Source of the DNA: Candidatus Neptunichlamydia sp.
GTDB lineage: Bacteria; Chlamydiota; Chlamydiia; Chlamydiales; Simkaniaceae
DNA length: 64,000 nt
NCBI GenBank assembly: GCA_965233865.1
Contig: OZ247587.1
Span: 800,001 to 864,000 of the forward strand
Direction: 5' to 3'
Shown piece by piece: positions 30,618 through 41,510 of the stretch. The translations under genes were made by a program, and so were the position numbers. Each line of letters begins with the position of its first letter. Position 1 is the stretch's first letter. The notes beneath the pieces are model-generated. The model worked only from the letters and a program-made list of their open reading frames with translations, had not been told where the DNA came from and made no database searches.

Positions 30618-30932
30618 CTAACTCACAAGCTGCACCTTTTCTGTCGCATTGATCTCTTGAGAAGTTTTGTCATAAGAAGCCACCATCGAAGCGCTGGCAT
30701 GCCCTGTCACCTTCATGATGTCGCTATCCTGGAACCCTTGCTGCTTCAAATAAGTCACGGTCGATGTTCTGAGCACATGAGGAGTCACTTTAAAAAGGTT
30801 TCCGATACTCTGTTGAGGTGAACCGGTTTTCCTGTGCGTGTGACAAAAACCCTCCCCTTCCTCTCTCCGACATACTCCCTTAACCTTTCCATCACTGTCT
30901 TCGGATAGGTAATCACCGTCACCTTTTTCATC
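30618..30932 (-). pseudogene. Tyrosine recombinase C-terminal remnant, chlamydial plasmid pGP7/pGP8-like
   Basis: VITYP...VFVTRTGK then (frameshift) FKVTPHVLRTSTVT, DIMKVTGHAS, YDK. Confidence 0.85.
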
Positions 30933-31238
30933 CAACTCATTGCTAGTTTCCCTAAAAAATCGTATGGAAAATTTATGCAGCTATATCGAAAGTTCACATT
31001 GGAGCCGAAAAAACACTCTACCTCCTCTGCATGGCACGAAAACAGTCATTTTTGGACATGCGAGTGCATCTTCAAAACAAACTAGTCTCGATGAAAGTAG
31101 GTTTGTCTTGGGCCTAACCGCTGCAAAAGTGGCGTAAGTTAATGAGAGCAAATGCTATATACTTCATCCCATAGTGATGCGAGCTGATTCTCTCGAACCG
31201 TATAAGAAGCCGTTTGAACTTGTCCTCCCATGCAAAGA
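30933..31238 (-). mobile_element. IS5-like right-end fragment
   Basis: Near-identical to reverse complement of ~9160-9464 including the IR. Confidence 0.85.
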
Positions 31239-32143
31239 TCGGACTTCTCTCCACCAGCAAGACCGGTATCGCAAGTGATGATGCAACGATCAGGATTGTC
31301 CGGAAAGCCTACGTAAGATTGGAACTGCCCCTCTTGAAAAAGGCCTTCTTTCGGCATCTCTCCCCACCAACCATAAAGATATTTGTCGCGTTCATGAGTT
31401 GGCAGCGCCTTCAAATTAGAAAGATAGTCGGGGTTGTTGTCTAAGAGCTTTCTGTTATCGGTAACTTTTCCAGCGATAAAAGTGAATGTTCGGACATCTT
31501 CAAGATCTTCTTTTTTAAGGTCGCACTCAGTCAAAAAGGCTTTCTTTGTCGACTTGATAATGAGAGTATTGCCCATGAAATAAAGATAATGGATTTTTCC
31601 TGAAAGCTCAGAAATAGGATATTCATCTTCTTGCAAAAATGGCTTGATTAGCGTTTTGATCCAGCCTTCTGTCGGGTTGGTTGTAAGGCGCATGTAGGGT
31701 TTAACTTTGGACTTTGATCGCATCCGAGCCAGAAGGAATTTGAAGATCTCTTCATCAAACTCGTCAGCTTCATCAATGAAGATGGCAGTGAACTGTGTGC
31801 CTTTTAAAAACTGTTTGAAGTTAGGATGGTTTCCATGACAAAAGTGGATCGAGGCTCCGCTTTCGAATTTGTAGACCAGCTGGTGTTTATTCGTCTGGTA
31901 TTTGATGCGCATACTATCTGCAACAAGCCCAAGCTCTTCCCAAAGTCCTCCGGAGCAAAGTAGATTAGCTCGGTTCTTTCTAAAGACTCCGCAGCGGAAA
32001 TGAGGGTCCTTGATGTGCTTCATCATCTCAAGAATAAGGGCATACGACTTCCCAGCACCCATAGCACCACCAACTACGGCAATGTCCGCAGGACAATTAA
32101 AAACTTGGGCTTGAAAACCTTTTTGAACGACTAATCTGGACAA
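31239..32143 (-). pseudogene. Phage terminase large subunit, nuclease domain truncated by IS
   Basis: Walker A GGAMGAGKS, Walker B IFIDEADEF, LTTNP, DNRKL, LYGWW, TCDTG. Confidence 0.85.
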
Positions 32144-32326
32144 GATCCCCCCCCCTTGTACCTATGATTATATCATAGAAAATATTTCTATTTCAAGTTT
32201 TTAGTGATGAGAATGTGTTGGGAATCTCAATGCTTCAACAAGTACATAAAAAAATATTGGAATTATTATCATTGTTGATGTAAAATTTTTGTGTGAGAGT
32301 TAAACAGCTAAATAGAGAGGTTAGTT

Positions 32327-32626
32327 ATGTCTATATCAATAAAAAATCATCCATTTTCTCTTCCTTTTACTATGGTTGCTCTTGGGACTGGGGGATATCA
32401 GGCGAGTAGAAGTCATGCAAAGGCAGTCTCTGATTTAGTCTTTGCAAAACATGCCTTAAAGTTTGGAGAACCTAATAAAGCTCAAGAACTAAACTTGCGC
32501 AAGCATATTAAGATTAATGAGCTTAAAATTGGAGCTTTAAAAAACATGCCAAAAGGAATAGTTGGGACTATTATAGTAGGTGGCTTGATTTTTGCAGCTG
32601 AAAATTATAATAATTCGCAAAAATAG
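32327..32626 (+). CDS. Hypothetical protein with two hydrophobic segments
   Basis: GAGG RBS; 99 aa. Confidence 0.55.
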   Translation: MSISIKNHPFSLPFTMVALGTGGYQASRSHAKAVSDLVFAKHALKFGEPNKAQELNLRKHIKINELKIGALKNMPKGIVGTIIVGGLIFAAENYNNSQK

Positions 32627-32817
32627 ACACCTCCATTTATACATGTAATGGCATGTAAATATTCTCAATCTGTTTAAGTCAGATATAATCTGTAAAAGAC
32701 AGTTAATATTTGGGATTGTTTATTCTATAAAATATTAAAAGTTACATTTTCCTCAGCGTCTTGCTTTGGGAATAGTGATTTTTGTTCATAAATATTATTA
32801 ATAATAAAAAAGAATAG

Positions 32818-34115
32818 ATGTTTACAACTTTTAATAGATCTTGTAGGAGCAATGTATTTTTTAATTTTACAACACAAGGAACACGTGCCTTCAGTGCCAA
32901 GACTCCCTCAACTTTGGTATGGGTTCATGGGGCTTCCTCTAATATTGCTAATGCAATTAAAACTAAGGCGATTACAGAAAAACACTTTGTTAAATCTGCA
33001 CAAAGAAAGCCAGGTTACGCCGAAACCACAAAACATCAATACGTCCAACTTTCATCAAATCCAAAGAAACCTCAAGAAGATGCAATATATGACAAAAATG
33101 AGTTATTAAAGCTGTTTGAAAAAAATATACCTACAGGTTTTGCTGGAGAGATTCTTTTTTTTAATGCTGTTGGTGGTGCTCATACTGAAAAATGGAAAAA
33201 TGAAAAAATGAAACTGATTATCAATCACTAGAAAGATTTAATAAGAAATCCTGCATAGCATTTTCTCAAGCGGCAAATGACTTTCTTAAGGGGAAAAATT
33301 TAATTAGAGGAACTTTAATTCACTGCTCATCAATAGCGGCAAAGCTGTTATATAACGATGGTGGATATGGACAAGCAAAATATGAAACTGAAATGGCCTT
33401 AAAAAATGAAGAATTCTCCAATTTTAGAAATATAACAATCATACGCATTGGTTATGCAGTTCAAGACCTTTATGGCCAGAGAAATGTGGGAGCAGCCCAT
33501 GATTTTTCTCCTGAACAATTAGCACTTTATTCACCAGTACAACCAGTTATTCCTGAAGCTGAAGGCACAAAAATTTATCCTGTACATATAGATGATATTG
33601 CAAAAGCCATATTAAATACTTTTAAAAGACGAGAAAACCAAGGGATTGTAGAAATTAATGCTGTTGGAGATTCCGGCTACAGTCTGTCTAAATTCTTTGA
33701 ATTCTATACAAAAACACTAAAAAGGGAATTTATTCCCATAAAAATTTCTTTAGAAGAATTTGATATAATAGCAACAAATTTCCCCCATGGTCATATTGCA
33801 AAATATACTGCAAATTATTTGAACCTTAAAAGCAGCTATCTATGTAACAAATCATTTAAAAATCTAGTTTCAGAAGATTCCAAAACACTGCTAAGCTTAA
33901 CATCTATTCGTGATGCCTTTCATAATTCTGATAAAAATATCGAAGATTTAGCAATCAACAGTCCATTTATTCCTTATGCTGTTACAGTATCTAAGCAAAT
34001 AATCACATCCCCCTATAAAATTAGGGCTTTATCTAAATCACTTTTACCTATCACATTACGTGGGATTAACAAATTTTTGAAACATAAATGGATTGCTCTG
34101 ATAAACAATTTATGA
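32818..34115 (+). pseudogene. Atypical SDR / NAD-dependent epimerase-like protein, frameshifted by an 8-bp tandem duplication
   Basis: VWVHGASSNIA, NAVG, then in the shifted frame IHCSS, YGQAK, IIRIG, PVHIDDIAKA; AAAAATGA duplicated at 33196-33211. Confidence 0.75.
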
Positions 34116-34233
34116 TGACATGCATTTTTCTAAAATTCGAGTAACTGAATCAGACCCTTACATCTTGTTTCATAAACTTTTCATTGAGCGTGATACTACC
34201 TAGTAGTAAATATTTAAGCATGCTTATATAGGG

Positions 34234-35422
34234 TGACCTGCTCCCCACAAATTAGTCCAAATAGAAATAGAGGTTCGTATAAACTTGAAAAGCAAGGAGT
34301 ACAAGCATGAAGAAGAGATTCACAGAAGAGCAGATTATTAAAGTTCTCAATGAAGCAAAGATGGGCTTAAAAGTGGAAGAAGTGTGTAGGAAACATGGGA
34401 TATCGCAGCCGACCTACTATAACTAGAAGTCGAAATACGTGGGGATAACAGTCAGTGAGGTTAAGAGGTTAAGAGCGTTGGAAAAAGAGAATCAGCAGCT
34501 TAAGAAACTGGTGGCTGAACTGTCGTTGGACAACGCAGCTCTGAAGGATGTTGTCTCCCGAAAGTGGTAGCCCCACAGGCGAAGAAAATATGCTCTAGAG
34601 TGCTTATGAAGGATTATAAGCTCAGCGAACGTAGAGCATGCAAGCTTGCTGGGGCGAATCGGTCAACCGTTCGCTACAGTTCTAAAAAGGATAAGAAAAA
34701 GATCTTGGAACAAAAGATCAAAGAGATAGCGCTAGAGAATAGAAGATATGGCTACCGAAGGATCCACAGAGTGTTAAGAAGAGAAAAATGGGAGGTGAAC
34801 CATAAAGCTGTTTACCGGATTTATCGCAACCTAGGTTTAAAAGTGCTCAAGAGAGGCGGCAGAAAACGCTCAACAGGAAATAGGAGGATATACAGATTAA
34901 TCACGGGGCCCAACTAGTGTTGGGCCCTAGACTTTGTGCATGACAGCCTATCGAATGGAAGAAAACTGAGGATTCTAGCGGTCATCGATCATTACAGCCG
35001 AGAATGTCTGAGGATAGAGGTGGAGCATGGGCTAAATGGGCAGTCAGTGTTGGAAGCTCTAAACGCTCTTATCCAAGACAAAGGAAAACCGGAGACAATC
35101 CTGAGCGATAATGGAACAGAGTTCACATCAAATAAGGTCCTGAGCTGGCAGAAAGAAGGAAATATCAGTTGGGAATATATAGAACCAGGGAAGCCATATC
35201 AAAACGGCATAGTCGAGAGCTTCAATGGGAAGCTTAGAGACGAATGCCTGAATGAAAACTGGTTTATGGACCTGCAAGAAGCAAAAGAAGTAATCGAAAA
35301 GTGGAGAATCCACTACAATGAGGACTGTCCTCATAGCAGCTTAGATGGACAGACATCTAAGGAAATGGCAATGAAAACAGGAACCTCTATCTAATATTGG
35401 ACTAAAGAATGGGGCAAGGTCA
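34234..35422 (+). mobile_element. IS3-family (IS407-group-like) element, inactivated by nonsense codons
   Basis: IRs TGACCTGCTCCCCA / TGGGGCAAGGTCA; orfA MKKRFTEEQII; orf[27 protein letters not shown]; internal TAGs near 34424 and 34915. Confidence 0.92.
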
Positions 35423-35518
35423 AGAGGAGGTAGAGTATTTTTTCGGCTCCAATGTGAACTTTCGATATAGCTGCATAAATTTTCCATACGATTTTTTAGG
35501 GAAACTAGCAATGAGTTG
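35423..35518 (+). mobile_element. IS5-like right-end fragment
   Basis: Matches ~9370-9464 ending AAACTAGCAATGAGTTG. Confidence 0.85.
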
Positions 35519-35669
35519 CTAGCAAAAAAGTCTTGAGAATTTAAAACCTATCTTTCTTATTATAAGAAAGATACAATCCTTATGGTACTTTTTGGTTCCA
35601 TTGATTGTCATACCCCAATTTGAAGGTAGAAAGAAAGGAGCTCTGGGGTAGAGCTCCTAAAATAAATGG

Positions 35670-36053
35670 TCATTGTTGTTCTGGTGTACGAAGTTGTTGG
35701 GCAAGCAATGTTAAAATAGACATTACCTCGGAGTGGTTTTTTTCAACTCTATCAGACAGTTCTTTGATTTCTTTCTTGGTTTCAACATGGTTTGAATCAA
35801 CTTTTGCTTCTAAGGAATCAATTCCTTGCCTTGCAGCAGATAAGATTTGCTTAGCTATGTCTGATGTTCCAAGAACAACATTCTCCAATTTATTTGCTTT
35901 TACCATAGAATCCGAAAACCCACTTGACATTTCGATTCTTGCAGAGGAAAGATCATTTGACATTCTTTCAACCTTTCCTGAAGTTTCTATGGTTAACTGA
36001 TATAAATCCTGTGAAGTCATTGAGCTTTGTGGAGCCATGTCCTTAACATTCAA
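35670..36053 (-). CDS. Coiled-coil hypothetical protein (5' end likely degraded)
   Basis: Heptad-like pattern IDSLEAKVDSNHVETKKEIKELSDRV. Confidence 0.45.
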   Translation of the reverse strand: MNVKDMAPQSSMTSQDLYQLTIETSGKVERMSNDLSSARIEMSSGFSDSMVKANKLENVVLGTSDIAKQILSAARQGIDSLEAKVDSNHVETKKEIKELSDRVEKNHSEVMSILTLLAQQLRTPEQQ

Positions 36054-36259
36054 ATGATCCTTTTTTAGTTGTTCTACATCCGTTTAACATCTCACTATCT
36101 GAGACTGTAGGACATTTAATGTAACACTCATAACTATTCTCCCTTCTTGTTATATTGTTTAGCGAACGATATGATATCACTCTCTATTGGTTAATCACCA
36201 TACCATCAGATTACATTATCAAATAATTATTTCATTTACATTAGCTTCCCATAGAATCT

Positions 36260-36638
36260 CGAAAGCCTCCAGACTCTTCGCAAAGAGCAAGATCGAGTTC
36301 AAAAACGCCTGAACCAGATTTATGATGATAAACTCGATGGTTTGATTGATGAAAAAATGTATTTGGAAAGGGTATCAACCTACAAAGCGCGCCAAATTGA
36401 GATTGTTGAGCAAATGAATCGCCATGAAAAAGCTGATCAAAACTTTTATATCACAGCCAATTTAGTCATGAACTTAGCAGCACGCGCTAGAGAGATTTTC
36501 GAAAGTTCTGAAGCAGATGAAAAACGGCAACTTTTAGATTTAGTATTTCAGGACTTGGAGCTGAAGGACGAAAGTCTTTCACTATCAGTGAGTTAGGACT
36601 TCTTAACGATGGTGGAATTTAAGAAACGTCCGGAAAAA
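36260..36638 (+). pseudogene. C-terminal remnant of a large serine recombinase abutting the tRNA-Tyr 3' end
   Basis: YDDKLDGLIDEKMY...AREIFESSEADEKRQLLDLVFQDLEL; frame runs toward the tRNA after a stop. Confidence 0.75.
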
Positions 36639-36720
36639 TGGGGGTGGTCAGACTCGAACTGACGGAGACCGAAGTCGATGGATTTACAGTCCATTGCAAT
36701 TGCCGCTATGCGACACCCCC
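36639..36720 (-). tRNA. tRNA-Tyr(GTA)
   Basis: Anticodon arm ATGGA-CTGTAAA-TCCAT, long variable arm, GTTCGAG. Confidence 0.95.
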
Positions 36721-36734
36721 CTTGGGGTGAAAAT

Positions 36735-36807
36735 TGCTGGAGAAAGGAATTGAACCCTCAACCGTCCGATTACAAGTCGGGTGCTCTACCAATTGAGCTA
36801 CTCCAGC
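36735..36807 (-). tRNA. tRNA-Thr(TGT)
   Basis: GCTGGAG...CTCCAGCA; anticodon loop CTTGTAA. Confidence 0.95.
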
Positions 36808-36834
36808 AAATAGGAGACGTCTTTATACCAAATA

Positions 36835-37140
36835 TTAGCTTTTTGAATCAACATCTTCCTTTTCAGGATCTGCATCTTTTTTTTGGGGAGAGGGCGAACC
36901 TCCTACCCTTTTGTCGAGGCTTTTTTTGATAACATCGCCTACTTTATCAGCTGACTGAGGCGGATCATTTCGAAACGCTTGGGACAGCACACCTGTCACT
37001 CTTTGAATGCTCGACTCTGCCTGGGAAGACTCTATTTGGTGAAAAACTCGCCTCTGCATGAGGGATTTCTGAGCGCAACATTTCTTATACTTTTTTCCTG
37101 ATCCGCAAGGACAGGGATCATTTCTACCAACTTCTTTCAT
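36835..37140 (-). CDS. SEC-C metal-binding motif protein
   Basis: [19 protein letters not shown]. Confidence 0.85.
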   Translation of the reverse strand: MKEVGRNDPCPCGSGKKYKKCCAQKSLMQRRVFHQIESSQAESSIQRVTGVLSQAFRNDPPQSADKVGDVIKKSLDKRVGGSPSPQKKDADPEKEDVDSKS

Positions 37141-37183
37141 ATCGCTTGTTGTTTTATCATTTATTATCGAATATAATAGTCTC

Positions 37184-37915
37184 ATGAATTTATCTCCACC
37201 TTGGACTCAGATTGGAAAGAAAATTGAAAGTACAACGCGCAAGGCGCTTTTTGACTTTCAATTATTGGAGGGGGTTACCGGGCTATCTATTGCCCTTAGT
37301 GGAGGAAAAGATAGTATTACCCTTTTAGTCATGCTCAAAGCAATTTTAGGACGTGGATTTCCTGATCTTCCCCTCCAAGCCATTCATGTGACGGGAGAAT
37401 TTTCTTGTGGTGCTTCTGTTCAGGAAAGCTTTTTGCGGGGTATTTGCGATAAGCTTGAGGTTCCTCTGACTATTAGAGAATCGAAGCAAAAGCTGGAAAC
37501 GCTTGCTTGCTATCGTTGCTCAAGAGAGCGGCGAAAGTTAATTTTTGAAGCGGCAAAAGAACTAGGGTCACCGGTTGTAGCATTTGGCCACCACGAAGAT
37601 GACAGTATTCAAACACTTCTTATGAATCTTCTTCATAAGGGAGAGTTTGCAGCAAATCTTCCGAAAGTGCTAATGCATAATTATGGAGTGACGATTATTC
37701 GCCCTTTGCTTTATGTTTCAGAAAAGGCGATTTATGAGTTTGCAAAGCTTCACGGCTACGCACGTATCACATGCCAATGTCCTGTTGGACAAGATTCGAA
37801 ACGGATGGAGGTCAAAAGCCTCTTAAAAGATTTGGAAACAATTTTCCCTAACGCCCAAACGAATTTGGCTCAGGCCGCCCTAAAATATGGATCAACCAAA
37901 GCTTTAGAAAAGTGA
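37184..37915 (+). CDS. ttcA: tRNA 2-thiocytidine biosynthesis TtcA-family PP-loop ATPase
   Basis: [30 protein letters not shown]. Confidence 0.85.
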   Translation: MNLSPPWTQIGKKIESTTRKALFDFQLLEGVTGLSIALSGGKDSITLLVMLKAILGRGFPDLPLQAIHVTGEFSCGASVQESFLRGICDKLEVPLTIRESKQKLETLACYRCSRERRKLIFEAAKELGSPVVAFGHHEDDSIQTLLMNLLHKGEFAANLPKVLMHNYGVTIIRPLLYVSEKAIYEFAKLHGYARITCQCPVGQDSKRMEVKSLLKDLETIFPNAQTNLAQAALKYGSTKALEK

Positions 37916-39351
37916 CTCATGAACTTTTTGCGATTGCCATCTATGTTGCCATCCTTTTTTTGATTGGGTTTTTATCCTATCGAAAACAGCAAACGGCAGA
38001 TGACTTCCTTATTGGTCGACGGTCTCTCAACTATTGGCTAACAGCAATGGCAGCCCACGCCAGCGATATGAGCAGCTGGCTTTTCATGGGATTCCCAGCT
38101 GTCATCTTTGTCGGAGGGCTTTTCAATGCATGGTTTGCCGTCGGGATGTGTGTTTTCATGTTTTTGAATTGGCTTGTTGTTGCTCCTCGCATACGCATTC
38201 AAACTGAAAGATACAACAATCTCACCTTCTCGTCATTTTTTGAAAGCCATTTTCATGATACCTCAGGGATGATCCGCATTTTTACAGCAGCAATTTCGTT
38301 TATCTTCTATTCGATCTACATTTCTGCTGGAATTGTAGGACTTGGCATTTTGGTTCAATCTCTTTTTGGAATCGATTATCATATCGGAATCTCAGTTGGA
38401 ATTCTTGTCGTGATCCCCTACCTATTTATTGGAGGATACACAACTCTTGCATGGATCGACCTCTTCCAAGGAATATTTCTGCTGCTTGTGATTATAGCCT
38501 TTCCTCTTCTTGTCCTTCCAAAAGTAGGTGGGTGGGAAGGAATTACTTCAGCAGCAAACGCGCAGAATATTTCTCTATCAATGATTCCTAATACGCACCC
38601 AAAAACTCTATGGACACTCTTTTTCTCGATTTGCGGGTGGGGAATTGGTTATTTTGGTCAACCACACATCATCACAAAGTTTATGGGGATTCGAAAAGTC
38701 TCTCATATAAAAAAATCCATGGCTGTTGGAATGACTTGGCAAATCATTGTCCTAGGAAGCGCCACTCTGATTGGGTTAATCGGGATTGCTTATTTTACAC
38801 ACGGACTTGCTGATTCTGAACTTGTTTTTGTAAAGATGGTCGAGAAAATATTCCACCCTTTTATCATCGCTCTTATTTTGTGTGCTGTTCTAGGTGCTAC
38901 AATCTCAGCTATGGATTCTCAGATTCTAGTATTAGCCTCAAGTTTGACAGAAGATTTCTACAAACGGATTTTCCATAAAAATGCCACATCAAAACAACTT
39001 CTGTGGGTCTCACGCCTTTTTATCCTCATCGTCACAGCATTTGCCTACTGCATTGCCTTTTTCAAAGTAAGTACAATCTACTCTCTCGTGTTTTTTGCTT
39101 GGTCGGGACTGGGGTCAGCCTTTGGCCCTCTCCTCATTTTTTGCCTCTACTCAAAAAAAGCCAATAAATATGGCGCCTGGGGAGGAGTTATTGTCGGAGC
39201 TGTTGTTGCCCTCATCTGGCCTCTGGTTAACAAATACCTTTCGATCAACATTCCTACCCTTGTCCCTGGATTTTTATTGAGCAGCTTAGCTATTATTGCC
39301 CTATCATATTTCACAAGGCATAAAAAGCATCATGCACGTACTACTCACTAA
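37912..39351 (+). CDS. putP: Sodium/proline symporter
   Basis: ASDMSSWLFMGFP, GYFGQPHI, AWSGLGSAFGP. Confidence 0.9.
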   Translation: MTHELFAIAIYVAILFLIGFLSYRKQQTADDFLIGRRSLNYWLTAMAAHASDMSSWLFMGFPAVIFVGGLFNAWFAVGMCVFMFLNWLVVAPRIRIQTERYNNLTFSSFFESHFHDTSGMIRIFTAAISFIFYSIYISAGIVGLGILVQSLFGIDYHIGISVGILVVIPYLFIGGYTTLAWIDLFQGIFLLLVIIAFPLLVLPKVGGWEGITSAANAQNISLSMIPNTHPKTLWTLFFSICGWGIGYFGQPHIITKFMGIRKVSHIKKSMAVGMTWQIIVLGSATLIGLIGIAYFTHGLADSELVFVKMVEKIFHPFIIALILCAVLGATISAMDSQILVLASSLTEDFYKRIFHKNATSKQLLWVSRLFILIVTAFAYCIAFFKVSTIYSLVFFAWSGLGSAFGPLLIFCLYSKKANKYGAWGGVIVGAVVALIWPLVNKYLSINIPTLVPGFLLSSLAIIALSYFTRHKKHHARTTH

Positions 39352-40087
39352 CGATGACGGAATCGATGCCGTCGGCCTTAAAACATTATGGGAAGGGCTT
39401 CGAGACATTGCTGACCTCACAATTGTTGCTCCAATGGAAGAGCAGTCTGGAATGGGGGCAAGTGTCACCTTCTATGGCCCTCTACGCACTGAAAAAGCGG
39501 AAGATTTTGATGCCACCCCAGCATGGAAGGTTAGAGGGACTCCTGCTGACTGCGTCAAAGTGGGCATTGGAGGCGTTCTCGACTCTCCGCCTGATTTAAT
39601 TGTTTCAGGGATCAACCACGGTTCCAATGCAGGGCGAGGTATCTTTTCGAGTGGAACAGCAGGATGTGTCATTCAAGGAGTTTTGCAAGGGATTCCAGGG
39701 ATCGCTTTTTCCTATACTTGCAGTCAATCCAAAATGTTTCCACACGTTAAAGAATACTTAGCACCCATTGTCCAATATGTTGCCGACAATCCCCTTCCAA
39801 AGGGGAGCTTCTTGAACGTCAATTTTCCAAAAGAGGAAATTCAAGGGGTGAAATTCGCTAGGCAAGGACTTTCTTTTTGGCTTGAATCACTCCGAAAAGA
39901 ACTCCATCCCGAAGGGCATCTTGATTTTCATCTCGATGCACTACCTAATGATTTGGAAGAACATTCAGAGAGCGACATCTCTCTATTGAAAAAAGGGTTT
40001 ATCACAGCGGTTCCGATCAAGATTAATGAGCTAACCGACCACGCTCATTTTCAGGAAAAAAAAGAGAATTTTGACCTCTATTTTTGA
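39332..40087 (+). CDS. surE: 5'/3'-nucleotidase SurE
   Basis: LLTNDDGI, GTPADCV, SGINHGSN, SGT. Confidence 0.95.
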   Translation: MHVLLTNDDGIDAVGLKTLWEGLRDIADLTIVAPMEEQSGMGASVTFYGPLRTEKAEDFDATPAWKVRGTPADCVKVGIGGVLDSPPDLIVSGINHGSNAGRGIFSSGTAGCVIQGVLQGIPGIAFSYTCSQSKMFPHVKEYLAPIVQYVADNPLPKGSFLNVNFPKEEIQGVKFARQGLSFWLESLRKELHPEGHLDFHLDALPNDLEEHSESDISLLKKGFITAVPIKINELTDHAHFQEKKENFDLYF

Positions 40088-40137
40088 AAAAACTTGAAGA
40101 AAATTCCGTTATTGATTTAAAGTAGTGGACTTATGAC

Positions 40138-40213
40138 GGGCGTATAGCTCAGTTGGTAGAGCTCCTGTCTTACACACAGGCGGTCATAGGTTCGAGTCCT
40201 TTTGCGCCCACCA
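40138..40213 (+). tRNA. tRNA-Val(TAC), CCA encoded
   Basis: Anticodon arm CCTGT-CTTACAC-ACAGG. Confidence 0.95.
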
Positions 40214-40231
40214 TTACTAAAAAATCCAGTT

Positions 40232-40305
40232 GCGGGAGTAGTTCAATTGGTTAGAGCACCAGCTTGTCACGCTGGAAGTTGCGAGTTCGAGTCTCGTCTC
40301 CCGCG
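40232..40305 (+). tRNA. tRNA-Asp(GTC)
   Basis: Anticodon arm CCAGC-TTGTCAC-GCTGG. Confidence 0.95.
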
Positions 40306-40598
40306 ATCTTTTATGATCACGTCTAACATTTCATCTTGTGGAAAGAGCGCCTGAGCACAAAAAATTTTAATCAAAGCAAGATTACCTCTGATATCAGGAA
40401 ACTTCTTCAGGAGAACAATTAGAGTTTTTATGGATCTTCTTGTAGATTTTTTCTTTTCATTTGAGGGGATTTTCAATAGATAAGGTCGATAAATGAAGGT
40501 GAAAAATCAGCAAACACCGGAAATTAATTATAGGGATAGGTTCATAGTAGAAAAGAAAGCTAAAGACGTGCTAGAGTGCTAAAAAAAACTAGGTAGTA

Positions 40599-41510
40599 AT
40601 GATGGCCGGAGCGCATACAAGTCACAAGTCTAAGACACAGTACATCACCTCATATTTCTGGACGGCAGTAGGAGCTTTTTTGGCTGCTCTCTCGATTAAG
40701 ATATTCTTATTTCCCAACGAATTAATCGACGGGGGAATTATCGGTATTTCGATGATTTTGACCCGACTTTCTACAAAAGTCCTCTTCCCCATATATTTTA
40801 TCGTCCTGACCCTTCCTTTTATCTACCTGTCATATAAGTTTATTAGACGGACTTTTTTCATACAAATGATCATTGCGGTGATTCTTTTTTCGATCTTTCT
40901 TGGCCTCTTAAACCATGTGGAACCTTTTGAATCGGATCCATTAGAAGTTATCGTTATTGGTGGTGCTATTCTGGGTATTGGTGCAGGATTAATTATCCGA
41001 AATGGAGGATGCCTTGATGGGACAGAGATCCTGGCCATCATCATCAATCGTAAAAAAGGGTTTACTGTTGGGCAGGTCGTCCTCTTTATCAACATTTTTA
41101 TCTTTGCGGCTTATGGAGCAATTTTTCGTGATTGGCACATTGCTTTCCGCTCGCTTCTTACCTACGTAGTGGCCTTCAAAATGATGGATATCGTTATTGT
41201 GGGCCTTGATGAACTCAAGTCAGTAATCATTATCTCGAATAAACCAAAAGAACTCACTCAGCTTGTCATGCACGAAATGGGACTCGGTCTCACCATTATG
41301 TATGGTCGTGGCGGTTACTCAGGAGATGCTCGGGAGATTCTCTTTGTTATCGTTGAACGCCTTGACTTAGCTGATCTTAAAGACCTTATCCTCCGTGAGG
41401 ATCCCTCGGCATTCATGGCGGTTGAAAACCTTCATGAAGTGGTCTATGGGAGACAAGCAAAACTCCCCAATAAAAAAAAGGGCCGGAAGCGGTCCATCCC
41501 CGCTAAATAA
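40599..41510 (+). CDS. YitT family membrane protein
   Basis: LIDGGIIG, GGCLDGTEILA, GRGGYSG, DPSAF. Confidence 0.9.
   Translation: MMAGAHTSHKSKTQYITSYFWTAVGAFLAALSIKIFLFPNELIDGGIIGISMILTRLSTKVLFPIYFIVLTLPFIYLSYKFIRRTFFIQMIIAVILFSIFLGLLNHVEPFESDPLEVIVIGGAILGIGAGLIIRNGGCLDGTEILAIIINRKKGFTVGQVVLFINIFIFAAYGAIFRDWHIAFRSLLTYVVAFKMMDIVIVGLDELKSVIIISNKPKELTQLVMHEMGLGLTIMYGRGGYSGDAREILFVIVERLDLADLKDLILREDPSAFMAVENLHEVVYGRQAKLPNKKKGRKRSIPAK

Noticed and set aside
8800..35000. Many in-frame TAG/TAA codons inside island genes suggesting stop-codon reassignment
   Set aside because: Core genes (prs, glyQS, dnaX) end in TAG, both TAG and TAA occur, and frameshifts and IS truncations coexist; ordinary pseudogenisation explains it.
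36678..36929. ORFs overlapping tRNA genes and other short antisense ORFs within housekeeping genes
   Set aside because: Shadow frames of well-supported tRNAs or CDSs with no independent motifs.
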